From an uncultured Bacteroidales bacterium (lineage in GTDB: Bacteria > Bacteroidota > Bacteroidia > Bacteroidales > UBA7960): 63,363 nt of DNA. The stretch spans positions 1-63,363 of the forward strand of contig CAYXEH010000009.1 of NCBI GenBank assembly GCA_964463915.1, read 5' to 3'. The notes beneath the pieces were generated by a model. The model was given only the letters and a program-made list of their open reading frames with translations. It had not been told where the DNA came from and did not search any database. Position numbers and translations under genes: made by a program. How positions within the stretch are numbered: the stretch's first letter is position 1; every line of letters begins with the position of its first letter. Positions 38,561 through 48,135 of the stretch are shown here, in pieces.

Positions 38561-39451
38561 ATGTGTATGTACGCCATTGAATGTAACAACCTGACGCATT
38601 ATTACGGGAAAAAGTTGGTATACGAGAATCTGAGCTTTCGGGTAGAGGAGGGTAAGATTCTTGGGTTGCTTGGAAAAAACGGTTCCGGCAAGTCCACCAC
38701 CATCAATATTATGAATGGATTTCTTCATCCGACATCGGGGGAGTGCCTGATCTACGGGGAGGACTCCCAGCATTTGAGCCCGGCAACAAAAGAAAGAATC
38801 GGATTTCTGATTGAAGGGCATATTCAGTATGCCTTTATGAATGTACACCAGATTGAAAAGTTTTATTCCGGATGTTACCGGCGTTGGAACAGTGATCCAT
38901 ACTGGGAATTGTTGTCTAAGCTCCAGGTCACCCCGACACAGAAAATATCCAGAATGTCCTGCGGCCAGCGTTCACAGGTTGCACTTGGGCTAATTCTTGC
39001 CCAGGATCCCTCCCTGCTGGTGTTGGATGATTTTTCCATGGGTCTGGATCCGGGTTACCGCAGGCTGTTTATTGATTATTTGCGTGAGTACGCCAAAGCC
39101 AACAATAAGACAGTTTTTGTGACTTCGCACATTATTCAGGATATGGAGCGGTTGATTGATGATGTGTTGATCATGGATTATAATCGTATCCTGGCTCAAC
39201 AACCTGTGGAAGAGTTTATGGGGAAATTCCGCCGTTATGATATTGTGCTGGAGAATCCTGATATTCAGTTTCCAAAGACAGAAATCGCTGTCAACGTGGA
39301 ACAGATCCGTGATAAAGTCAGCTTATTCGGTTATATCACACCTGAGGAGGTGAAGGGCTTTATTTCACAGCAGGGGATATCATGTAAGTCAGTTGAGGAG
39401 GTCAAAATGAATCTTGAGGACGCCTTCATCGGTTTGACAGGAAAATATTAA
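38561..39451 (+). CDS. ABC ATP-binding protein (exporter/NatA-like, atypical motifs)
   Basis: Walker A GKNGSGKST, signature MSCGQ, Walker B LVLDDF, D-loop GLDP, H-loop TSH. Confidence 0.9.
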   Translation: MCMYAIECNNLTHYYGKKLVYENLSFRVEEGKILGLLGKNGSGKSTTINIMNGFLHPTSGECLIYGEDSQHLSPATKERIGFLIEGHIQYAFMNVHQIEKFYSGCYRRWNSDPYWELLSKLQVTPTQKISRMSCGQRSQVALGLILAQDPSLLVLDDFSMGLDPGYRRLFIDYLREYAKANNKTVFVTSHIIQDMERLIDDVLIMDYNRILAQQPVEEFMGKFRRYDIVLENPDIQFPKTEIAVNVEQIRDKVSLFGYITPEEVKGFISQQGISCKSVEEVKMNLEDAFIGLTGKY

Positions 39452-40216
39452 TCCAAACAGGATAAAATAACGTTGCCATGTATAAATCAATTATTTACAA
39501 GGAATGGTTAAAGATACGTTGGGCACTGGCCTTATTCCTGGTTGCCGGTTTGCTGACACTGGTGAATATTTTTCTGAACGTGCGTTACGGTATACGTTTT
39601 ATGGATGCCCATGAGTTCTGGTACGGGATAATCATCCAGGGCGGCAACTATGCGGCATCCTTTAAGTATATCCCCTTATTTGCCGGGTTGGGGCTTGCTG
39701 TTTCCCAGTATTATCCTGAGATTCTGGATCAGCGGATTAAACTGACCTTTCATCTGCCCATCCGGGAAAACAAGGTATTGCTATTGCAGCATGGGTTCGG
39801 ACTGGTGTGCCTTTTGGCTGTTTACCTGGTTTACGTGGTTATTTTCATTACCGGCAGTGGGCTCTACTTTCCAGCGGAGGTGACTGTGATGATTGGTCAA
39901 ACGATTCTGCCCTGGTTTCTTGGCGGGCTGGCCACTTATTCGCTTGTGGCCCTGATCATGCTCGAGCCCCTTTGGCTTTACCGGGTGTTGTATGCGGTAA
40001 TCGCCTATGGTCTGGTGTCTCAGTATTATATAGAAGCGGTTCCGATGGCTTATACCCGGGTTATGTGGGTATTTGCTTTGTTCTCGGTAGCCACTGTAAT
40101 TGTTCAATTATTTTCAGGATACAGATTCAGGAAAGGAGAGATGCATCATGGTTAAGATAAGCAGGTATGTATTGGTACTGATCGGGATCATTGTTACTGC
40201 CATAGCAATTCCGGAG
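39425..40216 (+). repeat. 792-bp direct repeat, copy 2
   Basis: Matches 36581-37372. Confidence 0.92.
39478..40155 (+). CDS. ABC transporter membrane subunit, copy 2 (identical to copy 1)
   Basis: Identical 225-aa translation. Confidence 0.75.
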   Translation: MYKSIIYKEWLKIRWALALFLVAGLLTLVNIFLNVRYGIRFMDAHEFWYGIIIQGGNYAASFKYIPLFAGLGLAVSQYYPEILDQRIKLTFHLPIRENKVLLLQHGFGLVCLLAVYLVYVVIFITGSGLYFPAEVTVMIGQTILPWFLGGLATYSLVALIMLEPLWLYRVLYAVIAYGLVSQYYIEAVPMAYTRVMWVFALFSVATVIVQLFSGYRFRKGEMHHG

Positions 40217-41386
40217 ATCTACTGGACAATTTTCAGGGAAGTACCGTCAGCCCCAAATGTGGTCTATAGCCGGATATTGGATGACTTTATGATGGTTCAG
40301 CGTGAGGATGGAGTATTGATAAGAAAAGATGCATCAGGCAATGTGTATACACGCGATGAATTTGAAGAAAGACTACCCATGTTGTTTTTCAGACAGTTAT
40401 ATGCTTCGGGAGATATGCCTGACACAATTAAGGGGGTAGAGATGGATCATGCAACACTTAGTCAGTATTCGTCTAATTTTACCTTTCGCCCGGCAGAGCT
40501 GAATACGCCCCAGCCTCCTTTATGGCCTTTACTTGAAGCAGAAAGTGGAAGGGTAACCCTCTATTTGCCGGAAGACTTTTTTCGCCTCGATGAGCAGATT
40601 GAATTTATTGTGGCAGAAACCAATGAAGTGGATCGTAAAAAAAGCAAAAAATTCAATGATGCCTTAATCAAAGAAGGTTTCCGTTTTCCGGCGCGACTGA
40701 TCGGTGGGTTACCTACCGCTAAAAAAAACAAAGAAGAGGGATATTTCATCAAGGATGACGCGGGTGATCTTTTTCATTTGATGCAAAAAAAGGATAAACC
40801 CTATGTGGCCCGGATCGATATCCCGGATGAAATTAACATTATCCATATTAAATGCGTTGACAAGGTTACGGGTGAATATTATGCATTCCTGTTTACAGAT
40901 AATGATGAGGTATTTTTATTGATGCAGGACGGATATCATTTACAAAAATTGCCGGTTGATAACTACGATCGCCATATTCATCGCCTGAGGGTTCGCGAAG
41001 ACCTGCTTAACAAAACCATCGCTGTCATCGGAGATGACCATCTCGATGTTGTTGTGGTGAACTATGATTATGAAGTCGTAAACAGGTATGAAGATCATTG
41101 GGACCCCCCCCATACACGTTCTGATCATAAACGCTTCAGCTGGTTGTTTCCTTTTCAGCTTAGTCTGCAGATTCCCGAAAGCAACTATGTCACTATGGAT
41201 TTGTTTTGGGGATCCCACTATATGTGGTTGCTAACGCATGTGGCACTCACGGGCCTTGCCATATGGTTGTTGCGGCGAAAAAAGCGGCCGTTAAAAGACA
41301 ATGCAATCGACCTGTTGCTCATTCTAGTGACTGGGATTTATGGGTTTGTTTCCACCCGGATATTTCCCAATAAATTTTACAAATAG
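40148..41386 (+). CDS. DUF4857-like membrane-anchored periplasmic protein, paralog 2
   Basis: Same length (412 aa) and motifs as paralog 1 but diverged after residue 23. Confidence 0.65.
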   Translation: MVKISRYVLVLIGIIVTAIAIPEIYWTIFREVPSAPNVVYSRILDDFMMVQREDGVLIRKDASGNVYTRDEFEERLPMLFFRQLYASGDMPDTIKGVEMDHATLSQYSSNFTFRPAELNTPQPPLWPLLEAESGRVTLYLPEDFFRLDEQIEFIVAETNEVDRKKSKKFNDALIKEGFRFPARLIGGLPTAKKNKEEGYFIKDDAGDLFHLMQKKDKPYVARIDIPDEINIIHIKCVDKVTGEYYAFLFTDNDEVFLLMQDGYHLQKLPVDNYDRHIHRLRVREDLLNKTIAVIGDDHLDVVVVNYDYEVVNRYEDHWDPPHTRSDHKRFSWLFPFQLSLQIPESNYVTMDLFWGSHYMWLLTHVALTGLAIWLLRRKKRPLKDNAIDLLLILVTGIYGFVSTRIFPNKFYK

Positions 41387-41417
41387 CAGATTTGTAATAA
41401 GTTACTGTTGGTTAAGC

Positions 41418-41434
41418 TGTTAACTAGTTGTTAA
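41418..41434 (-). promoter_or_regulatory. TTAACA-N5-TTAACA box (reverse orientation) upstream of the TonB-dependent receptor
   Basis: Plus strand tgttaa-ctagt-tgttaa. Confidence 0.55.
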
Positions 41435-41582
41435 GGGTAAAAGTTTTTGTAGATTTTTTGTCATTTGCTTTGTATATTGGGAAGGTCTTAAAGGAATACC
41501 GGGATCAGTTTAAGAGTATTCCTTATAAAAGCCGACATAGTTAATAGCAATTATTTTTATTGACCAGTAAATAGTGGGTTTA

Positions 41583-44456
41583 ATGCGTAGCAGCTATCTT
41601 TTTACTCTGTTTCTTTTTCTGATGCTGTTCAAAGGAGCAAACGCCCAGGAGCGACACGAAGTCTCCGGGTTGGTCATAGAGACGACCGATAGTATTACCC
41701 TGCCGATGGTGGCTGTGGGTATTAAGGAGTTGGATATATGGGTTGTTTCAGATATGGAAGGGAAGTTTACAATGCGGAATGTGCCGTCCGGTCAATATAC
41801 CGTACAGGCAAGTTGTCTGGGTTTTGAAAGATTTGAACAGCCCATCAATGTTCCGGGGGAACATGAAATTCTGGTTTCAATGAAACCAACCTCTCTTGCG
41901 CTGGATGAAGTTGAAGTTACTGCCAGGGAGGGAGAACGTATAGGCAGTTCTACTGTCATCGGGAGCTCAGCCATTGAACATGTTCAGCCCTCTGACATTT
42001 CTGATATCCTTCAGCTGCTTCCAGGGCAGGTGTCTGCCAATCCGGATCTTTCGAGAGAGAGCCAGCTTTCATTAAGAGACCTGGGTGATCCCAGGTCTAA
42101 CCCAATGGCTGGTCTGGGTACAGGCCTGGTCATTGATGGAGCTCCGGTTATGAACTCTGCCAACCTGCAGGCACCATCCACTTCCACCGTAGGGGCCCTG
42201 GGCAGGCTTGATACAGATTTTGCCTCCACAGCCGGCACAGGGGTGGATGTGCGTGAGTTCATGGTAGATAACATTGAGTCAGTTGAAATTGTCAGGGGTA
42301 TTCCTGGCGCAGAGGAAGGGAATATACTCAGTGGAGTGGTTCGGATTACCACTAAAAAGGGTGAAAGTCCACTGCGTCTCAGGACCAAAGTTGATCCCAA
42401 TATCAAACAGCTCTACATGGGTCGCGGCCTGCGACTTTCTGACAATCTTGGGACCCTGAACCTGGATTTGGATTATGCCCAGACTCAGGCCGATATTCGC
42501 TTTCCTTATCGTACCTATAACCGGCTGAGCGGTAACGTAACCTATAATAACACGATTCTTTCTGATTCCAGACCGCTTACTTATAATTTCTCACTGCGCT
42601 ACGCGAATACAAGCGACGTGAGGGAGAGTGATCCGGACATGCTGGATATAGAGGAATTCTCCTCACAGGAACATAATTTAGATCTTGCCTTGTCCGGCAG
42701 ATGGATCATCAACAGTGCCCTGCTGACCAATATCCGGTATAATTTTTCCGGACGCTATCAGGACCAGCACAGTAAAGATATTCGTCATCGTTCTTTATCG
42801 CAGCCCGAAGTTCGTCCCGTTGCAATGGAACCAGGTGAGTTTGAGTCAGTGTTTTTACCCTCCCGATATGTGGCGGAAGTGAATTATTATGGAAAGCCCT
42901 ACTATTTTAATGCAAATGTAAGTGGGCGGAAAGTGAATCGCTGGGGTGATGTTACCAATACAATCACAGGTGGTTTTTCTTACCGGATTAGTGGCAACAA
43001 TGGACGGGGTCGTATTTATGACATGGATAGTCCGCCCCGGGACGGTTCCAGGCCCAGACCTTTTACCGACATCCCTTCACTGTCGCAACTTGCGATGTTC
43101 ATCGAAGAGGCGGTAATGATGCCATTAGGTGCTACCACACTGGAATTTGAAGCCGGTTTGCGTTTTACCAATATGCAGCCTGAAGGAATGTTAGAATCTG
43201 AGGTAAATACCACTATACTTGACCCGCGTTTGAATCTGAAATATAATATCTTTGAAAAACGAAACGGGTTACTGAAAGATCTCAGTTTAAGGGTTGGCTA
43301 CGGTGTTTTTTCTACAGCGCCAACTCTTTTACACTACTTTCCGGATAAAGCATATACCGACCGGGTAACATTTAACTATTATGATGCCTCGCTTTCCCCG
43401 CCTCATACATTGGTTATTACAAATACGGATGTAATAGAGGATACTCGTAATTATGACCTGGGGCCGGCCAGAAACACCAAATTTGAGACAGGTGTAGATT
43501 TTAAATTGGGTCGCGTTGAGGTGTTGCTTACTGGTTATTTCGAAGAAATGGAAGATGGATTTTCTTTCCACCGTGAATATGGAACTTTTATTTTCGACCG
43601 CTACGAACGCCTGGAGAGAGGTGGCTTATTTCCGGAATACCTTCCGGGGGTAGGAGTTGTTTACAATGATCCTGACACGGGAAATCAAGTGACTGTTCCT
43701 ACCAGGCCGGACACCACCTTTGTTTCCCATTCTTACCCGGAAAATTCAGAGCGCACCGTGAAGCGTGGGATTGAATATAGTATTGATTTCGGAAATGTGC
43801 CCGGATTGAAAACCTCTTTCCAGCTGAATGGGGCATACATGATTGTACAACGTCAGGATATGACAGATTACCTGGAAAGACCAACCACTACATGGGAGGG
43901 GCAGCGGCTTCAACTCGTAGGCTTATTCCCAGGAGGGCAGGGGCAAATCAATGAACGGTTTAATACAAATATCCGTACCACCACTCATATACCCCAATTG
44001 CGTCTGGTTGTTTCTATGACAGCCCAGGTTATTTGGAGAGAGAGCAGGACAAAAATATACGAAGATAAAAACGGAAATCCATGGGTAATGACTGAACAAC
44101 CTACAGATGATCCTTACGGTGACCGTACCCAGCGGAAGTTTGTTTACCCACTGGGGTTTTATGACCCGGCAATGAATTTCCATCCCTGGGAGGATCATAT
44201 GGCCGGGGTGCGACCCTATAATGACCTGATTGATCACCATACCAACCCTGAATTGTTCATCCCTATTGTAGCACCACCGGTTTTTCAGATTAATACAAGG
44301 ATAACCAAGGAAATATCAGATGCAGCTACTCTGTCGTTCTTTGTGAATAACCTGACCAATTACCGGCCATTGCAAAAGCAGCGGGGCCGGACGGGGAGTT
44401 ATACCCGGCGTAACCAATCGATATATTTCGGAGGAGAACTAACAATCACCATTTAA
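41583..44456 (+). CDS. TonB-dependent receptor with N-terminal carboxypeptidase-regulatory-like domain (non-SusC type)
   Basis: Signal peptide ANA-Q, LDEVEVTA TonB-box-like, plug LQLLPG...VIDG...NIESVEIVRG, terminal YFGGELTITI. Confidence 0.9.
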   Translation: MRSSYLFTLFLFLMLFKGANAQERHEVSGLVIETTDSITLPMVAVGIKELDIWVVSDMEGKFTMRNVPSGQYTVQASCLGFERFEQPINVPGEHEILVSMKPTSLALDEVEVTAREGERIGSSTVIGSSAIEHVQPSDISDILQLLPGQVSANPDLSRESQLSLRDLGDPRSNPMAGLGTGLVIDGAPVMNSANLQAPSTSTVGALGRLDTDFASTAGTGVDVREFMVDNIESVEIVRGIPGAEEGNILSGVVRITTKKGESPLRLRTKVDPNIKQLYMGRGLRLSDNLGTLNLDLDYAQTQADIRFPYRTYNRLSGNVTYNNTILSDSRPLTYNFSLRYANTSDVRESDPDMLDIEEFSSQEHNLDLALSGRWIINSALLTNIRYNFSGRYQDQHSKDIRHRSLSQPEVRPVAMEPGEFESVFLPSRYVAEVNYYGKPYYFNANVSGRKVNRWGDVTNTITGGFSYRISGNNGRGRIYDMDSPPRDGSRPRPFTDIPSLSQLAMFIEEAVMMPLGATTLEFEAGLRFTNMQPEGMLESEVNTTILDPRLNLKYNIFEKRNGLLKDLSLRVGYGVFSTAPTLLHYFPDKAYTDRVTFNYYDASLSPPHTLVITNTDVIEDTRNYDLGPARNTKFETGVDFKLGRVEVLLTGYFEEMEDGFSFHREYGTFIFDRYERLERGGLFPEYLPGVGVVYNDPDTGNQVTVPTRPDTTFVSHSYPENSERTVKRGIEYSIDFGNVPGLKTSFQLNGAYMIVQRQDMTDYLERPTTTWEGQRLQLVGLFPGGQGQINERFNTNIRTTTHIPQLRLVVSMTAQVIWRESRTKIYEDKNGNPWVMTEQPTDDPYGDRTQRKFVYPLGFYDPAMNFHPWEDHMAGVRPYNDLIDHHTNPELFIPIVAPPVFQINTRITKEISDAATLSFFVNNLTNYRPLQKQRGRTGSYTRRNQSIYFGGELTITI

Positions 44457-44476
44457 TCATCAAAAACCCAAACACT

Positions 44477-45682
44477 ATGAAGAAATTAGTAATGATTTTC
44501 ACCCTGGCACTCATTTCAGGAGTTATCTTTTACTCCTGTGAAGATGATGGTGCCACGATTTATGATGTCACCGTTCAGGTGAATTTCCCTGAAATGGAAG
44601 GACTGGATATTACGGATTACTCCGGTGTGGATGTCCGTATGACCAACAACCTCACTGGTATTGAATCGGCTGCTGAAACCAATGCCCAGGGCATTGCTGA
44701 ATTCGCGGTTGAAGAAGGCAGTTATGACATTTCTGCCACTTATGCTACGGAAGATTATAACTTTAGTGGCATTGATTCAAACCGTTCCGTGGCCTCAGCA
44801 GAGAGTTTTGAAGTAGACCTCGTGGCGACAGCTGTTGGAGGAGGACTGCTGTATAGTGAAATCTACCATACCGGTTCAGAAAACCCTGAAGGTAAGAATT
44901 ATTCCGGTGACTCTTTTGTTGAGATCTACAATAACAGTGATGAGGTAATCTATCTGGATGGTCTTTGTATAGGCCAATTGGATCATCTTACCTCCAATGA
45001 ATCGCGCTGGCAGGAAGATGGCGAGCTTTATTCGCGGCTCCCAATCACCTGGCAGACCTGGATGATTCCCGGAAATGGAGAAGATTACCCGCTTGAGCCC
45101 CGGGAAAGTGTCGTCATAGCTAAGACAGCAATTAACCACCAGGATGATCCTGCCGGTAATCCACTTTCGCCTGTTGATTTATCTGATGCCGATTTTGAAA
45201 CCTTTATGGATAATGACCGGGGAGATGTGGACAATCCTAATGTAACCAATATGATCCAGGTATACAATGCGGTCAGCCCGATGGTTCCTGACTGGATTTT
45301 GGATACCCGTGGGGCTCCGATGCTTTTGTTCAGGTTACCTACGGGTACCGATTATGAAGCCTTTGTATCAGATCCGGACAATTTCATGCAACGTCTGGAT
45401 GGTGTAGGAAGCTTTGAATATTTGATGGTTGATCCTGAATGGGTGATCGATGCTGTTGAGATTGCAAGACCTGGAGATGTGGTTCATAAAGGACTACCCA
45501 CCAATCTTGATGCAGGTCATGTGATGACAGAAGAAGGAACGGGTGCAGGAACCAGCATTCGCCGTTTGGTTGAAGCCATATTGGACGGAAATGTGATTTA
45601 CAAAGACACCAACAACTCCACTGAAGACTGGATCAGCGACAGAACCCCTAAACCGAATGAGCATCCGGCAAGCGTAGATTAA
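44477..45682 (+). CDS. DUF4876-like surface lipoprotein
   Basis: Lipobox YSC then EDD; SEIYHTG, FVEIYNNSDEVIYLDGL, DLSDADFE, WVIDAVE, DTNNSTED. Confidence 0.72.
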   Translation: MKKLVMIFTLALISGVIFYSCEDDGATIYDVTVQVNFPEMEGLDITDYSGVDVRMTNNLTGIESAAETNAQGIAEFAVEEGSYDISATYATEDYNFSGIDSNRSVASAESFEVDLVATAVGGGLLYSEIYHTGSENPEGKNYSGDSFVEIYNNSDEVIYLDGLCIGQLDHLTSNESRWQEDGELYSRLPITWQTWMIPGNGEDYPLEPRESVVIAKTAINHQDDPAGNPLSPVDLSDADFETFMDNDRGDVDNPNVTNMIQVYNAVSPMVPDWILDTRGAPMLLFRLPTGTDYEAFVSDPDNFMQRLDGVGSFEYLMVDPEWVIDAVEIARPGDVVHKGLPTNLDAGHVMTEEGTGAGTSIRRLVEAILDGNVIYKDTNNSTEDWISDRTPKPNEHPASVD

Positions 45683-45710
45683 AAACATGATTAATTATTA
45701 ATAAAGGATT

Positions 45711-45739
45711 GCAGTGCAGGCATTTAAGGCCTGCACTGC
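45711..45739 (+). other. Intercistronic GC-rich stem-loop (mRNA stabiliser or weak terminator)
   Basis: gcagtgcaggc / gcctgcactgc perfect 11-bp stem, 7-nt loop, no long T-run. Confidence 0.65.
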
Positions 45740-45765
45740 TTATCCCAATCAACTTACTTGTTGGA

Positions 45766-47343
45766 ATGAATACAAAAAAAATCATAGTGGTTATTTTACT
45801 GCTTATTGTTGCTGGACCACTCCCTTTGTGGGCATCCCAGGAAATGGATACGATTTTTTCCAGGAAAACGGCAGATTTTTTTGAACAGATTGATATGATG
45901 AATCCCTGGCATTTGAGTAAAAATCCTGCAGGGTTTGTGTTTTATCCGGCAAATAATATCAATCGCATCCAACTAGGGTATTTCAATAAGAACGATAACC
46001 TCCGATGGGCCCAGGCCCCGGGAAGCACGATCAGTTATACAGCCGAAACAGAGGGGATAAGGAGGATCGGACGTGTTGTTGCCAAAGGAAGTTTTCGTTA
46101 CCAGAATAGTCACTACCGTGACATTCTATTCAATAATACCTCAGTCTTTGATAACCGGAACATTTATACCACCGGCGATACCCTGGGCGGACCACAACGC
46201 AAAGAGGGTTATCTGATGACTGCAGGAGCGGGTCTTGCGCTGAAAGATAACTGGTTCGTCGGACTGGATTTTGACTACAGTACAGGAGTTGGAGCCAAGA
46301 TGCAGGATCCCAGGAATTTGAATGATCAATCCCGCCTGGACATTATTCCGGGAGTCATTTTCCGGCATGGTCAGCTTTTTTTTGGTCTTAGCGGCGGACC
46401 CGTCTGGGAAAGAAACCAGGTGAACATCAAAAATATGCTGGAAGAGCGTCATTCACTGTTCCATATGATGGGTATGGGATATTATAACCTGTCCCGTAAT
46501 ATTAGCAATGAATCATATTTATTTGACAAATTCGGGCTTCATGGATCTGTTCAGTTTGGACTGGAAAAGCCGGGTTTTGGTACTTTTCACACGATTCGTT
46601 ATTCAGGATCTGACATGAAGCGACTGGAGGGAAGCCATTATCGGCTGCTGGCCGGAATTACCCATCGTGATGAGTTGTCCTATAAAGGGAAAATTTTGCT
46701 GGAAAAAGAACGGTATTTGCATCATGTGAACATCAACGCGTCATATCTCCGTTTGAACGGGTCCGAAATCAGTCAGGAAACCTATTCTGTCGGAGAGGGG
46801 CACCTCAGGTGGTTTGAAGTAAGGACCATCAGATGGATCGATGACAAACATATTGTGTATGACATGGATGCCGGATTGAGTTATCAATTGATCCGGCTGG
46901 GCAGGCGTGGCCGTCCTTTCACATACCGCATTGAAGGCGGGGCAGGTTTTCGTAGTTATGAGGCCAATCATTACCCGGTACATCTTTATGGGTCTTATAA
47001 TGTTCAGACTATCACACCCTATTTGGAGTATCGTCATTATTTCCGATTTTTGCACTTTGATTTGGATCCTTCTGTCAGGCTGACCTCAAGACATGCGCTT
47101 TCACAGAATTACCAGGTACAGGATCAGGACCGTTTTAATCCGGAGATCCCGGAAACCGATTTCCGGTACCTCGTCACCGACTACTATAAGGTGGATCTTG
47201 GCGTGAAACTTTCGCGGTCTTTGCGCATAGGAAGGTTGCGGGAGACCTATCTGGACATTACAGGATCTTATTTACACATCCCGGAGTGGCAGGAAAATAA
47301 TTACGATAGGATGTTAGAGGTATCTTTCGGTTTGGTTTTCTAA
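45766..47343 (+). CDS. Outer-membrane beta-barrel (DUF6850-like)
   Basis: Signal peptide, NPW..S.NPAG, KMQDPR, terminal SFGLVF; DUF call from memory of this gene triad. Confidence 0.6.
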   Translation: MNTKKIIVVILLLIVAGPLPLWASQEMDTIFSRKTADFFEQIDMMNPWHLSKNPAGFVFYPANNINRIQLGYFNKNDNLRWAQAPGSTISYTAETEGIRRIGRVVAKGSFRYQNSHYRDILFNNTSVFDNRNIYTTGDTLGGPQRKEGYLMTAGAGLALKDNWFVGLDFDYSTGVGAKMQDPRNLNDQSRLDIIPGVIFRHGQLFFGLSGGPVWERNQVNIKNMLEERHSLFHMMGMGYYNLSRNISNESYLFDKFGLHGSVQFGLEKPGFGTFHTIRYSGSDMKRLEGSHYRLLAGITHRDELSYKGKILLEKERYLHHVNINASYLRLNGSEISQETYSVGEGHLRWFEVRTIRWIDDKHIVYDMDAGLSYQLIRLGRRGRPFTYRIEGGAGFRSYEANHYPVHLYGSYNVQTITPYLEYRHYFRFLHFDLDPSVRLTSRHALSQNYQVQDQDRFNPEIPETDFRYLVTDYYKVDLGVKLSRSLRIGRLRETYLDITGSYLHIPEWQENNYDRMLEVSFGLVF

Positions 47344-47414
47344 GATGTATTGCTGTTTCGCAACTGACTTATCTAATTTGGGTCTTTAACCCCATGCAGC
47401 ATGGCAGGCTGAAT

Positions 47415-48116
47415 CTAATCATGTTTAAGCTCCAGCTTAAATCCGGCACCATGGATATTTATGATGGCAATATTGGGATCTTCCCTGAGTAATTTACGTA
47501 GTTTGGCAATGTGCACATCCATGCTTCGTCCCATAAAATAATCATCCTCGCCCCAGATTGTACGCAAAGCTGTTTCCCGCTTCAGTAATTTGTTCCTGTT
47601 CAGATATAGCAGGCGCAATAACTCAGCCTGTTTGTTTGTCAAAGGAATTTCATTTTCCCCGAGCATCAGTTTTTTTTCTGAATAACTGAATACATACCTG
47701 CCGATATTGAACACATTGTGACTGCTGTCAAGCCCCGAAATATTAATCCTTTTCAGGATTGCTTCAATTCGCAGAACCAACTCTTCGGTGCTGAAAGGTT
47801 TGGTAATGTAATCGTCTGCGCCGTGTTTAAATCCTTTCAGCTTGTCTTCGGTCATGGTCTTGGATGTAAGAAAAATAACGGGAACCAGGCTGTCCAGTTT
47901 GCGGATATCTTCCGATAATTTAAATCCGTCTCTATTGGGGAGCATGATGTCAAGCAGGCAAAGATCAAAATTGTCGCTTTTGAAGGTTTCCAGCCCGCTG
48001 TCCCCATCTTCAATGTGTACCACTTCGTAACCGGACATCTCCAGGAAATCCTTTACAATAAATCCCAGGTTGCGATCATCTTCAACCAGTAAGATCCTTC
48101 CCTTGGTCTTTTTCAT
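47415..48116 (-). CDS. OmpR/PhoB-family response regulator (RprY-like)
   Basis: LLVEDD, LDIMLP..DG, GADDYITKPF, IWGEDDYFMGRSMDVHIAKLRK. Confidence 0.93.
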   Translation of the reverse strand: MKKTKGRILLVEDDRNLGFIVKDFLEMSGYEVVHIEDGDSGLETFKSDNFDLCLLDIMLPNRDGFKLSEDIRKLDSLVPVIFLTSKTMTEDKLKGFKHGADDYITKPFSTEELVLRIEAILKRINISGLDSSHNVFNIGRYVFSYSEKKLMLGENEIPLTNKQAELLRLLYLNRNKLLKRETALRTIWGEDDYFMGRSMDVHIAKLRKLLREDPNIAIINIHGAGFKLELKHD

Positions 48117-48135
48117 AAGAGTTAACAGTATTGGA

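Noticed and set aside
36581-40216. Direct repeats as IS ends, composite transposon, DGR or shufflon
   Set aside because: The repeat encodes a permease; no transposase, recombinase, reverse transcriptase, terminal inverted repeats or A-specific mismatches.
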